Part shown: positions 1 through 12,040 of the stretch, one piece after another
Layout: every line of letters starts with the position of its first letter
Position numbering within the stretch: position 1 is the stretch's first letter
Assembly (NCBI GenBank): GCA_036785375.1
Contig: JAWMAR010000392.1
Coordinates: 1,116,001 to 1,180,000 of the forward strand
Reading direction: 5' to 3'
Source: Leucoraja ocellata
Taxonomy: Eukaryota
DNA: 64,000 nucleotides
Position numbers and translations under genes: made by a program
Notes under the pieces: model-generated
Database searches by the model: none
Seen by the model: the letters and a program-made list of their open reading frames with translations, nothing else
Told to the model about the DNA's origin: nothing

Positions 1-138
1 CACCCACTGCAATGCCTTCCGGTCGGAGACAGAGCAGTCGCCATACCATACTGTGATGCAGTTGGTAAGGATGCTCTCGATGGTGCAGCGGTAGAAGTTC
101 ACCAGGATCTGAGGAGACAGATGGACCTTCTTCAGTCT
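1..138 (-). mobile_element. Rex1/Babar-like LINE fragment
   Basis: Minus strand reads RLKKVHLSPQILVNFYRCTIESILTNCITVWYGDCS. Confidence 0.75.
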
Positions 139-960
139 TAGAGTATTGTGTTCAGTTTTGGTTGCCATGTTATAGGAAAGATGTTGTCAAGCTGGAAAGA
201 TGCAGAGTGGATTTACAAGGATGATCGTAAGTGATTGAAGTAGAATTAGGCCATTGGGCCCATCAGGTCTACACCACCATTTAAACATGGCAGATCTATC
301 TCTCCTTAACCCCATTTTCCTGCCTTCTCCCCGTAACCCCTGACACAAGTACTAAGCAAGAATCCATTTATCCTTGCCTTAAAAATATCCATTGACTTGG
401 CTTAAACAGCCTTCTGTGGCAAAGAATTCCACAGATTCACCATTCTGACTATAGAAATTCCTCATCATCTCCTTCTGAAAGGAACGTCCTTCTATAACCT
501 TTGGTCCAAGACTCTCCAACTAGTGGAAACATCCAGTCCACATCCACTCCACATCTCGGCCTTTCAAGGTTCGGTGTGTCTACCATTCAGTAAGTAATGT
601 TGACGGGACTCGAGGACCCGAGCTATAGGGAGAGATTGAGTAGGATGGGTCTCTATTCCTTGGAGCGCAGGAGAATGAGGGATGATCTTATAGAGGTGTA
701 TAAAATCATGAGAGGAATAGATCTGGGAGACGCATAGAGTCGCTTGCCCAGAGTATGGTAATCAAAAAACCAGAGGACATATGTTTAAGATGAAGGGGAA
801 ATGTTTTAATAGGAATCTGAGGGGTAACATTTTCACACAGGGGGTGGCCGGTGTATGGAACAAGCTGCCAGAGGAGGTAATTGAGGCTGGGACTATCTCA
901 ACATTAAAGAAACTGTTAGACATGCACATGGATAGGACAGGTTTGGAGGCATGTGGGCCA
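139..960. mobile_element. Cluster of old CR1/HER1-like 3' fragments in both orientations
   Basis: ORF 781-987 (RGNIFTQGVAGVWNKLP) and a minus-strand CR1 3' end at about 225-560. Confidence 0.7.
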
Positions 961-963
961 AAT

Positions 964-1295
964 GGCGACACGGCGACGCAGCTGTAGAGTTGCTGTCTTA
1001 CAGCGCTTGCAGCGTCCGAGACCCAGGTTCGATCCCGACTACGGGTACTGTCTGTACGTAGTTTGTACATGCTCCTTATGACCTGCGTGGGTTTTCTCCG
1101 AGATCTTCGAATACCTCCCACACTCCAAAGAGGAACAAGTATGTAGGTAAATGGGCTTGGTGAATGCAAAACTTGTAAAAAAGAAAAATGTCCCGAGTGT
1201 GTGTAGGATCGTATTAATATGCAGGGACCAGTGGTCGGCAGGACCTGCTGGGCCGAAGGGCCTAGTTTCCGCTAAACTAAGCTAAACTAAACTAA
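964..1295 (+). mobile_element. HE1-like V-SINE with (CTAAA)n tail
   Basis: B-box GGTTCGATCC, V-core and tail. Confidence 0.8.
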
Positions 1296-1334
1296 GCTCA
1301 AGAAGGAACTGCAGTTGTTGGGAAATCGAAGGTA

Positions 1335-1462
1335 GACAAAGGTGCTGGAGAAACTCAGCGGGTGCGGCAGCATCTCTGGAGCGAAGAGAATAGACAACGT
1401 TGCCTATTTCCTTCGCTCCATAGATGCTGCCGCACCCGCTGAGTTTCTCCAGCACTTTTGTC
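1335..1462. repeat. 128-bp near-perfect palindrome of Penelope-derived sequence
   Basis: 64-bp arms, 59/64 complementary, no spacer, centre CAAC|GTTG at 1398/1399. Confidence 0.92.
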
Positions 1463-1840
1463 AAAACTAAATGCTGGCAGGTGGGACGAGTGTAGATGGG
1501 ACAAGTTGGGTGGTGTGGGCAGGTTGGGCCTGTTTGTGCCTGTTTTCACATTGTGCATGTCTGACTGTAACAGAAAGTGGTGCACTTTGTCCAACATGTC
1601 GTGGTTACTGACCACCACATCGAAAGGATAAACAGGAAGCGCTTCCTCAGTAAGGTAGTTATCATCAAAGATCCACACCACCCACAGGCTCATCACACTG
1701 CTACCAATAGGTGTTAAGGTACAGGAGCCTCAGAACTGTGACCACTAAGTACAAGAATAGCATCTTCCACCAACCACCGTGAAACATCTTGAACGGCCCT
1801 GCAAAACCCTAACCGCAATGCTACCTCTGCAACAAACTGT

Positions 1841-2518
1841 CGGGCAACACCACAGTTCTGGTCAAGAGAGCCCAGCAGCGACTTCACCCTCTCCGAAGAC
1901 TACGTAAAGCAGGCCTCCCCACCACACACCTACGGACTTTTTATAGGGGGACTGTCGAGAGCACACTGACCTACGGCATCACTTCCTGGTTCGGGAGCTG
2001 CAAGGAGTACGAACGGCACCAACTGGACAGGATAGTGAAGACCGCAAGCAGGATTATTGGTGCTCCACTCCCCTTCCTGCTGGACATATACAGGAAGAGA
2101 TGTATCAACAGAGCCATCTCCATCATCAAAGACCCCTACCACCCATCGCATGACATTTTCTCCATCCTCCCATCTGGGAAGAGGTACAGGAGCATTAGCT
2201 GCAAAACCAGCAGGATGCTCCTCAGCTTCTTCCCACAGGCTATAAGACTGTTAAATGGACTTTGCCCCCCTGCCAAGTATCGCGCACAAACCCCCACACT
2301 GCAGCAGAGCCACTGTTGTGCCGCTGCCGGTCGGAACGGCTGTTGAATGTTTAGTAGAGTGTTAAATTTGTTCATGACATGTATTTTTTATTTTTATTTC
2401 TATTTATTTTTTTCATGCACACTGAATGGACACTGGTTGAGCAACGTTTTTTTGTTTCCTCTGGGTATGCGAATACTCAGGAAATGACAATAAAGATATA
2501 CAATACAATACAATACAA
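1841..2518 (+). mobile_element. Second Rex1/Babar-like LINE family, 3' portion
   Basis: Nearly identical to 59119-59793; (ATACA)n tail. Confidence 0.88.
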
Positions 2519-3016
2519 ACTAATTTAGTTTAGTTTAGAAATACAGTGCGGAAACAGGCCCTTCGGCCCACCAAGTCCACACTGACCAGCGATCCCCGCA
2601 CTTTGGCACTATTGTACACACACACACACACGAGGGACAATTTACATTATACCAAGCTCATTAATTCGCCCGTCTCTTGCGCTGGCAGCAACTCTACCGG
2701 TGCCAAGATGCAGCTCAAAAGGCCACAGGAGATCATTTTTCCCAGTGCTATCAAACAGCACAACTCCTCCCCCCCTTCTGTCGTGGGGTAGACTGACTCA
2801 AACCCGTTGCATCCCATGCACAGATGCTGCCCGACGTGCTGAGTTCCTCCAGCACTGATCAAGATTCCAGCACCTGCAGTCTATCTTGCGTCTCAACTGA
2901 GAACCTTACATATGGTGTGCCTGTCAAAGTAATGTTTTAACCGCGATTATTAAATAATTCACGAAACCGTTCAGTGATTGCTTTCTCCATTTCTGCTGGG
3001 CCTACTGTTGATTAAA

Positions 3017-3312
3017 GGGGCACTGTGGCGCGGCGATAGTTGCCGCCTCACAGCGCCAGAGACCCGGGTTCAATCCTGACTGCGGCTGCTGTTTGTACGG
3101 AGTTTGTACGTTCTCCCTGTGACCGCGTGGGGTTTCTCCGGGAACTCCGCTTTCCAACCCACACCCCAAAGGCGCAAAGGTTTGTGGCTTAATTGACTTC
3201 GGTATAATAGTAAATTGTCCCTAGTGCGTGGGATAGTATTAGTGTGCGGGGTGATTGCTGGACTGCACGGAGTCGATGGGCCGAAGGGCCTGGTTCAGCG
3301 CTGTATCTCTAA
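3017..3312 (+). mobile_element. tRNA-derived V-SINE (HE1-like), near full length
   Basis: A-box TGGCGCGGCG, B-box GGTTCAATCC, V-core GGAGTTTGTACGTTCTCCC...GTTTCTCCGGG, CR1-like tail GGGCCGAAGGGCC. Confidence 0.85.
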
Positions 3313-3504
3313 AAGTAAGAAGTAAAATGCTGGGTAACTCATAAAGAAAGAGTGAGTTTGTGGGGTGGGGGGGGGGGGGGTATCGGTGGAAGGGTACAGG
3401 GGAAAAGAGGGCATGATAATGGGTGAAATGGTTTGAACTGGGGTGGCAGCGGGGCAGATAAAAAAAGGGGGGGAAAGGGATATTCTTACCTAAATCGGAG
3501 TGTT

Positions 3505-3914
3505 ATAGGGTGATTTCACTAAAGGTCACTGGAGCGTAGATCCGCACCCACGTGACCAAAATTCTCAAGTGGAGGACACTCGAGGGTTCCGGTACATGTT
3601 AGTGGATGGGAAAAAACGCATTTTCCCACCCGTTAAAAACATAGAAAACGGCGAGGTTGTGAGCTGCAATTTACTGTGCCAGTCGGGGTGGCCGTGAGGC
3701 ACAGCTACCTAGATTTACAGGGGAAAAAAAAGATAGCAAGTAAGGTAAATTCAAGAGGGAACTGAAGGTGCCAAACCGACGGAAATGAACAGCCGACATT
3801 TGCCGTGGAGATTTACAGGTCCAAAATATCGGGAATTATCGCGTTTGCTCGCTGAATTTCATCAAAAGTAAGGCATTATTAACTTACTTTTGATAAATTC
3901 AGCGAGCAAACGCG
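3505..3914. mobile_element. Probable truncated non-autonomous DNA transposon ending in a long hairpin
   Basis: Begins TAGGGTGATTTCAC...CACGTGACC and ends in an inverted repeat at 3840-3914. No matching second terminus was found. Confidence 0.4.
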
Positions 3915-4758
3915 TAAAACTGTTAGCAACCACGAATCCAGCAGGCCTTGGCGGTCCGACCTGAAATTGGAAGTGATGAAGGTAAAAAACAACCTGTCCG
4001 TTTTAGACTGTTGGTTCACTAGACGGCACACAGAGCCGATGTGTGGCCAGATACATTGGACACATAGACACAGAAATGCTGGAGTAACTCAGCGGGACAG
4101 GCAGCATCTCTGGAGAGAAGGAATGGGTGACGTTTCGGATCGAGACCCTTCTTCAGGCTGATGTCAGGGGTGCGGGCGGCTCCGAGATAAAATGTAGTCG
4201 GAGACAGTGAGAACTGGGAAGGGAGAGGGGATGGAGAGAGAGGGGAAGTAAGGGATATTTGAAGTTAAGCGGCAGATCGATTGTCGGAACCTGTAATCCG
4301 GGTTGGGTCCGAACTGGGATGTCTGGGACCGGAGTCGAACTCCACGAGGTAGAAGATGGAGGCGCAGACAAACACTGAGAAAGCACACGTGGCTGTCGTG
4401 GCGACTCTGGGTTAAAACATGGTGGTAGTGTCGGAGAGCAGGGGGAATGACAGAGGGAGGAGCGGGAGAGGATGTTGCAGCACTCTCTTCAAAGAGAGGA
4501 GGATAACGTCTTCAAAGTAGACATACATTGAGGAGATTTCAGTGGAGCAGACGAAATGTGTAGGAAATAACTAAATAACAACACACAGGGGAGATTAGTC
4601 AGAGGGTGGTGAATCTGTGGAACTCATTGCCATAGAGGGCTGTGGAGGCCAAGTCAGTGGATATTTCTAAGGCAGAGATAGACAAATTCTCGATTAGAAC
4701 GGGTGTCAAGGGTTATGGAGTGAAGGCAGGAAAATAGGATTAGGAGGCAGAGATCAGC

Positions 4759-4903
4759 CATATAACCATATAACCATATAACAATTACAGCACGGAAACA
4801 GGCCATCTCGGCCCTTCTAGTCCGTGCCAAACACGTATTCTCCCCTAGTCCCATATACCTGCGCTCAGACCATAACCCTCCATTCCTTTCCCGTCCATAT
4901 AAC
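4759..4903 (-). mobile_element. CR1 family A 3' end nested in an older CR1 fragment (about 4597-4975)
   Basis: CCATATAA tail repeats. Confidence 0.8.
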
Positions 4904-5254
4904 CATGATTGAATGAATGGCGGAGTAGACTCGATGGGCCGAACGGCCCAATTCTACTCCTACAACTTGTGAATGTGAACTTGTGAGATATAGTGGTGAT
5001 CCGTGGAGACCTCTACGCCCCACCCGGTCTCCACGTCTCCCACCTCTCCCCAGCTCCGTCTCTATACCACTCTCCCCTCACCCTTCTCCACACTTCTCTC
5101 TATCGCCCCTCTTCCCACTTTACACCTACCTCTGTTGCCCTCTTCTAAACCCCCCTCTCTACACCTACTTCCCCTCAGCTTCACAACAAGATTCCAGAAA
5201 TATGGAACAACACACAGTTTCCACACATTCTAATTAATAGCGAAAGCGTCGTTC

Positions 5255-5340
5255 CCTTTCCCACTCTGACCTTTCTGACCTGGGCCTCCCCCGTTGCCAG
5301 AAGGAGGCAAACTGGAGGAACAGCACCTCATATTCCACCT
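5255..5340 (+). mobile_element. Penelope-like GIY-YIG fragment
   Basis: Reads KLEEQHLIF; similar to the 16400-16490 remnant. Confidence 0.6.
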
Positions 5341-5432
5341 ACAAGAATGAGGCAGATTTAGCTCTCAGGGCTAACGGAATCAAGGGATATGGGAACGGGC
5401 TACTGATTCTGGATGATCAGCCATGATCATAT

Positions 5433-5945
5433 TATAACCATATAACCATATAACAATTACAGCACGGAAACAGGCCATCTCGACCCTTCTAGTCCATGCC
5501 GAACACATAATCTCCCCTAGTCCCATATACCTGCGCTCAGACCATAACCCTCCATTCCCTTCCCATCCATATAACTATCCAATTTATTTTTAAATTATAA
5601 AAAACGAACCTGCCTCCACCACCTTCACTGGAAGCTCATTCCACACAGCTACCACTCTCTAAGTAAAGAAGTTCCCCCTAATGTTACCCCTAAACTTCAG
5701 TCCCTTAATTCTCAAGTCATGTCCCCTTGTTTGAATCTTCCCTACTCTCAGTGGGAAAAGCTTTTCCACGTCAACTCTGTCTATCCCTCTCATCATTTTA
5801 AAAACCTCTATCAAATCCCCCCTTAACCTTCTGCGCTCCAAAGAATAAAGCCCTAACTTGTTCAACCTTTCTCTGTAACTTAGTTGCTGAAACCCAGGCA
5901 ACATTCTAGTAAGTCTCCTCTGTACTCTCTCTATTTTGTTGACAA
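5433..5945 (-). mobile_element. CR1 family A 3' fragment
   Basis: ORF 5659-5904 and CCATATAA tail. Confidence 0.88.
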
Positions 5946-6787
5946 TATTGACAATATTGTTGACTATATTGAATGGCTGTGCTGCCTCAAAGGGCCAAAT
6001 GGTCTAATCCTGCACCTAATTGTCTATGGTTCTATGTTTTTATGTTTCTAGGACACCAGTGTGAGACTAAATGATGTTTAATTTTAAGATGCAGCGTGGC
6101 ACAATTAGCTTTTAACGGCAGACGCACCAATGCACAGTTTGTTTATATGCACAAGGATAGTCGAGCGAATAGAATCTACAATGACATCCACCTGCTCGAA
6201 ATCTTCAAACATATATTCGATTAGAATGGCCTCTGATCCGACACACACTTTGGTAAGGAAATATTTACAATTGGAAATTATGTTGGGAATATGTGGAATT
6301 CTCTGCCACAGAAGGCAGTGGAGGCCAAGTCATTGGATTGTATTCAAGAGAGAGTTGGATACAGTTCTCAGGGCAAACGGAATCAAGGGATATGGGAAGA
6401 AAACAGGAACGGGGTACAGATTCTGGATGATCATATTGAATGGCGCTGCTGGCTCGAAGGGCCGAATGACCTATTTTCTATGTTTCTATGTATCTATGTC
6501 CCGGGCTCGGTAATTGGTCACTATGGCCCCCTGCTACATTGGCTGAAAACCCTCAGATACACACCAGGGGCGTTCACCAATGAAGGTATTTTGATTGGAA
6601 CTTGCATTCAGCAGATTTAAACCGCATTCTTATCTTCTACTTGTAATATCCTATTGTTTTATTAGAGTATATTGGACATGTTTTCGGGACTCGCCTCGTT
6701 TGTTCTCACTCACAGCCGTTCATCACGCGTGGAACTCGGTTACTACTCAGCGGGTCACCGTGAGATCAGGAGGACCCGGAGCCGAAC

Positions 6788-6866
6788 ATGGGCCGTCCAG
6801 TAGATGTCCGCAAAATCATCTCCAGTTTATTTTCAATCGGCCCGTTACTTTCTCTCTTTTTCTTTG
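6788..6866 (+). CDS. Putative signal-peptide exon of the Ig-domain gene (MGRPVDVRKIISSLFSIGPLLSLFFF+G)
   Basis: Good Kozak context (AACATGG), basic then hydrophobic peptide, strong donor TTTG|gtaagt in phase 1, compatible with the phase-1 acceptor at 15082. Lies in non-repetitive sequence. The link across an 8.2-kb intron is inferred. Confidence 0.55.
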
Positions 6867-7149
6867 GTAAGTGTTTTTTTTTTTCAAATTATTTGTCTGG
6901 TCAGCATCATTCAGTTCTCCGTGACCGAAAGTATTGAAAATAGTGCACAAAAAATAACCCATTTCGTTTATCATCCTTACTTTTTTGCATATTTTTCATT
7001 CATTTATACCATTGTTTATCTTTCCACATCGCCGTCTATATCTCTCGTTTCCCTTATCACTATCCAGTCTGAAGAAGGGTCCCGACCCGAACCATCACCC
7101 ATTCCTCTGTCCATAGATGCTGCCTGACCCGCTGAGTTACTCCAGCTTG

Positions 7150-7440
7150 TTTAGGAATAAGGGGTAAGCCATTTAGAACGGAGACGAGGAAACACATTTT
7201 CTCACAGAGAGTGGTGAGTCTGTGGAATTCTCTTTCTCAGAGGGCGGTGGAGGCAGGTTCTCTGGATGCTTTCAAGAGAGAGCTAGATAGGGCTCTTAAA
7301 GATAGCGGAGTCAGGGGATATGGGGAGAAGGCTGGAACGGGGTACTGATTGGGGACGATCAGCCATGATCATATTGAATGGCGGCGCTGGCTCGAAGGGC
7401 CGAATGGCCTACTCCTGCACCTATTGTCTAATGTCTATTG
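7150..7440 (+). mobile_element. Old CR1 3' fragment (similar fragments at about 6291-6497 and 34350-34820)
   Basis: CR1 3' UTR motif GATCAGCCATGATCATATTGAATGGCGG...GGCCGAATGGCCTACTCC. Confidence 0.75.
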
Positions 7441-8037
7441 TTGTATCTATCTTAGATTGCCATTGATCCTTTATTTCCACCAACGATCACATATCTTTGA
7501 TTTCCACAGACAATACGCACGCTCAACACTATCCCAACCCCCGCTCCTTCAACGCCGCCCCAAACCCCAGTCCCCCAAACCCCTGCTTCCTCGGCGGCCT
7601 GCAAAGCCAGCGCTACTCATTTCAAACGGCAGTTGCCCCCTGCGGTTGTCATCTCGACACTGCAATACATGTCCATTTAGTTAAGTTTAGAGACACAGCG
7701 CGGACACACCGATTCCGCACCGACCAGCGAACCCCGCTAACATATCCTGCACACAGTTGGGACAAATTACATTTACACCAAGACAATTGGCCTACAAACC
7801 TGCACGTCTATGGAGTGTGGGAGGAAACCGAAGATCTCGGAGACATCCCACGCAGACATTGGCGGAAATCGCTTTTAAAACATGGATCATTTAGTACTCC
7901 GTAACCGAAAGTATTGAAGATGGAGCAAAACAAAACATTTCCTTTATCAGCGCTACTTTTTTGCATTCATTAATTCATTGTTCTTTATCTCTCCACGTCA
8001 CCGTCTATATCTCCCGTTTCCCGTACCCCTAACCAGT

Positions 8038-8065
8038 CTGAAGAAGGGTCTCGATCCGAAACGTC
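8038..8065 (+). ncRNA. Minimal type I hammerhead ribozyme core in a Penelope-derived repeat
   Basis: CTGAAGA-A-GGGT(CTCG)ATCC-GAAA-CGTC: CUGANGA and GAAA boxes, stem II, palindromic ACGU stem III, GUC triplet. Related cores at 4129-4156(-), 7069-7096(+), 12473-12499(-), 13066-13093(-), 20559-20586(-), 26179-26206(-). Activity is not shown. Confidence 0.6.
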
Positions 8066-8164
8066 ACCCATTCCATCTCTCCAGAGATGCTGCCCGTCCC
8101 GCTGAGTTACTCCAGCTTTTTGTGTCTATCTTCGAAAACAACAAACGCACCCAGCAGCATCTTT

Positions 8165-8445
8165 AGTTTTGAGGTACAGCACGAAAGCAGGCCCTTCAGC
8201 ACACCGAGTCCATGTCGACCGGCGATCCCGTTCACACGCCAGTTCTATATTGCCCCACTTTCTCATCCGCTCCCTTCACACTGCGGGCAATTTACACCCG
8301 CGCGTCATTGGGATGTGGGAGGAAACCGGAGCACCCGGAGGAAACCCACGCGGTCACGGGGAGAAGGTGCAGCACCCGCGGTCAGGATCGAACTCGGGTC
8401 TCTGACGCTGTGAGACAGCAACTGTACCCGCGGTGCCACCGTGGC
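8165..8445 (-). mobile_element. HE1-like V-SINE (other minus-strand copies at about 2520-2670, 7675-7855, 10180-10470, 11130-11392 and 28155-28290)
   Basis: Reverse complement of the SINE head, V-core and tail. Confidence 0.78.
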
Positions 8446-8486
8446 GCTCTATTTAGGGAGATGGACAGGCTACTTTTCGTGTTGAA

Positions 8487-9047
8487 CATGTGAGGTTATC
8501 CATTTTGGTGGCAAAAACGGGAAAGCAGACTATTATCTAAATGGTGGCCGATTGGGAAAGGGGTAGATGCAGCGAGACCTGGGTGCCATGGTACACCAGT
8601 CATTGAAGGTAGGCATGCAGGTGCAGCAGGCAGTAAAGAAAGCGAATGGTATGTTAACTTTCATTGCAAAAGGATTTGAGTATAGGAGCAGGGAGGTTCT
8701 ACTGCAGTTGTACAGGGTCTTGGTGAGACCACACCTGGAGTATTGCGTACAGTTTTGGTCTCCAAATCTGAGGAAGGACATTATTGCCATAGAGGGAGTG
8801 CAGAGACGGTTCACCAGACTGATTCCTGGGATGTCAGGACTGTCTTATGAAGAAAGACTGGATAGACTTGGTTTATACTCTCTAGAATTTAGAAGATTGA
8901 GAGGGGATCTTATAGAAACTTACAAAATTCTTAAGGGGTTGGACAGGCTAGATGCAGGAAGATTGTTCCCGATGTTAGGGAAGTCCAGGACAAGGGGTCA
9001 CAGCTTAAGGATAAGGGGGAAATCCTTTAAAACCGAGATGAGAAGAA
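8487..9047 (+). mobile_element. CR1 family B internal fragment, lacking the 3' tail
   Basis: [27 protein letters not shown]. Confidence 0.88.
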
Positions 9048-9323
9048 CTCTGCACTCCCTCTATGGCAATAATGTCCTTCCTCAGGCAGCAGCTCTACCG
9101 CTGCGCCACCTTATTTGGAAATGTTTCATTTTCCACCTTGCTTCTTATATCCGTGACCCGTCACCTGGCGATGGAACAGATTCAGGGCTCGTTACACGAC
9201 CCGTTCGGCCAGCCAGATCTTCGAGCGTAAAACGGACAATGAAATAATTATCCACCGGAAATGTTTATACAGTGGCTTTTTAGTTTAGTTTATTTTATTT
9301 ACTATTGTCACGTGTACCGAGGT

Positions 9324-9751
9324 AACCATATAACCATATAACAATTATAGCACGGAAACAGGCCATCTCGACCCTTCTAGTCCGTGCCGAACACATAATC
9401 TCCCCTAGTCCCATATACCTGCGCTCAGACCATAACCCTCCATTCCCTTCCCATCCATATAACTATCCAATTTATTTTTAAATGATAAAAACGAACCTGC
9501 CTCCACCACCTTCACTGGAAGCTCATTCCACACAGCTACCACTCTCTGAGTAAAGATGTTCCCCCTCATGTTACCCCTAAACTTCAGTCCCCTTAATTCT
9601 CATGTCATGTCCCCTTGTTTGAATCTTCCCTACTCTCAGTGGGAAAAGCTTTTCCACGTCAACTCTGTCTATCCCTCTCATCATTTTAAAAACCTCTATC
9701 AAGCCCCCCCTTAACCTTCTGCGCTCCAAAGAATAAAGCCCTAACTTGTTC
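9324..9751 (-). mobile_element. CR1 family A 3' fragment
   Basis: Near-identical to the other family A copies; CCATATAA tail. Confidence 0.88.
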
Positions 9752-10336
9752 AGTTGTACAGTAAAAGGCTTTTGCTGCGTGCTATCCTGTCAGCAGGAAG
9801 ACAATACGTGACTACAATCCATTCATTTACAGTGTGTAGATATACGATAAAGGGAATGCCGCTTAGTGCAAGGTAAAGCCAGCAAAGTCCAACAAAAGAT
9901 AGTCTGAGGGTCACAAAAGAGGTAGATAGTTCAGCACTGCTCTCTGGGCGATTCCGTTGTCTGATAACATATTCGAAATAACATAATACTTTGTTTTAAA
10001 TGGAATATTAGTTGAACCCCTTTCAATACCCGTTTAAATGCACGTCACTGGGAGTCTGAAGGGGGGCATTGACCCGAAACGCGGCGCTGTCCATTCCCCG
10101 CCACAGATGCTGAGTTGAGTTACTCATTGAGTTACTCCAGCACCTGATGTTTTATTTTACTCAATCCTTTGGCGTTTGTTGTTTAGTTTAGATATACAGC
10201 GCGGAAACAGGCCCTTCATCTCACCGAGCCCGCGCCGAGCTGTGTTCCCGCACAATGACACTAACCTCCACACCGGGGACAATTTACAATGTTGCAGAAA
10301 CCAATTAACCTGCAAACCTGTACGTCTTTGGACTGT

Positions 10337-10367
<31 letters not shown>

Positions 10368-10721
10368 GGGAGCAGGGATCCCGACGAAAATCCACGCGGT
10401 CACGGGGAGAACGTACAAACTCGGTACAGACTGCGCCCGTCGTCAGGATCGAACCCGGGGCTCTGTGCCGCCCCCCGTTCCAAATGAGCTATGGCGCAGA
10501 GCGGAGTTTAATCTGCATTCGAGATATCCCACAATCTGTTTCCTCTGTAGACTCTTTCAATAGAAATTAATTCCGCTTAAGTGCATGTCGGTCAATCTCC
10601 GAGATACGAGAAACGAGCACCAAGTTCCCATCTCAGCATTGGCGCTCTGTACACAAGAAATGCGCTATTAGGAGCAAAGATCCTATATTGCTATAGGATC
10701 TTTGATTAGGAGTAACGTATT

Positions 10722-11056
10722 ACCATATAACAATTACAGCACGGAAACAGGCCATCTCGACCGTTCTAGTCCGTGCCGAACACATAATCTCCCCTAGTCC
10801 CATATACCTGCGCTCAGACCATAACCCTCCATTCCCTTCCCATCCATATAACTATCCAATTTATTTTTAAATGATAAAAACGAACCTGCCTCCACCACCT
10901 TCACTGGAAGCTCATTCCACACAGCTACCACTCTCTGAGTAAAGAAGTCCCCCCTCATGTTACCCCTAAACTTCAGTCCCTTAATTCTCATGTCATGTCC
11001 CCTTGTTTGAATCTTCCCTACTCTCGGTGGGAAAAGCTTTTCCACGTCAACTCTGT
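10722..11056 (-). mobile_element. CR1 family A 3' fragment
   Basis: ORF 10794-11045 ending GLSAGIWD. Confidence 0.88.
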
Positions 11057-11393
11057 ATAGGCAGGTTATCTGTGAATGTGCAGACGGAACCGCACGACGA
11101 ATATAAAGAACCGTGTATTTGTGTAGATTAGTTTAGTTTTAGTTCGGAAACAGACCCTTCGACCCGTCGAGTCCACAACCAGCGATCACTCGTCGACCCC
11201 AGTTCTACTTTATCCCACTTTCTCATCCACTCCCTACACACTAGTGACAATTTACAGAGAGGTCAAGGAAACTACAACCCCGCACGTCTTTGGGATGTGG
11301 GAGGAACCCGGAAGACCCGGAGGAAACCAACGCGGTCACAGGGAGATCGTGCAAACACCACACACATACACACGGCACCCGAGGTCAGGATCA

Positions 11394-12040
11394 AACATAG
11401 AAACATAGAAATTAGGTGCAGGAGTAGGCCATTCGGCCCTTCGAGCCTGCACCGCCATTCAATATGATCATGGCTGATCATCCAACTCAGTATCCCGTAC
11501 CTGCCTTCTCTCCATACCCCCTGATCCCCTTAGCCACAAGGGCCACATCTAACTCCCTCTTAAATATAGCCAATGAACTGGCCTCGACTACCCTCTGTGG
11601 CAGAGAGTTCCAGAGATTTACCACTCTCTGTGTGAAAAAAGTTCTTCTCATCTCGGTTTTAAAGGATTTCCCCTTTATCCTTAAGCTGTGACCCCTTGTC
11701 CTGGACTTCCCTAACATCGGGAACAATCTTACTGCATCTAGCCTGTCCAACCCCTTAAGAATTTTGTAAGTTTCTATAAGATCCCCCTCTCAATCTTCTA
11801 AATTCTAGAGAGTATAAACCAAGTCTATCCAGTCTTTCTTCACAAGACAGTCCTGACCTCCCAGGAATCAGTCTGGTGAACCGTCTCTGCACTCCCTCTA
11901 TGGCAATAATGTCCTTCCTCAGATTTGGAGACCAAAACTGTACGCAATACTCCAGGTGTGGTCTCACCAAGACCCTGTACAACTGCAGTAGAACCTCTCT
12001 GCTCCTATACTCAAATCATTTTGCAATGAAAGCTAACATA
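11394..12040 (-). mobile_element. CR1 family B 3' fragment inserted in a V-SINE
   Basis: AACATAGA tail repeat and RT C-terminal ORFs; SINE sequence resumes at about 12060. Confidence 0.88.

Noticed and set aside
3017-3085. tRNA gene
   Set aside because: The A/B boxes run directly into a V-SINE core and tail and no full cloverleaf forms; this is a SINE head.
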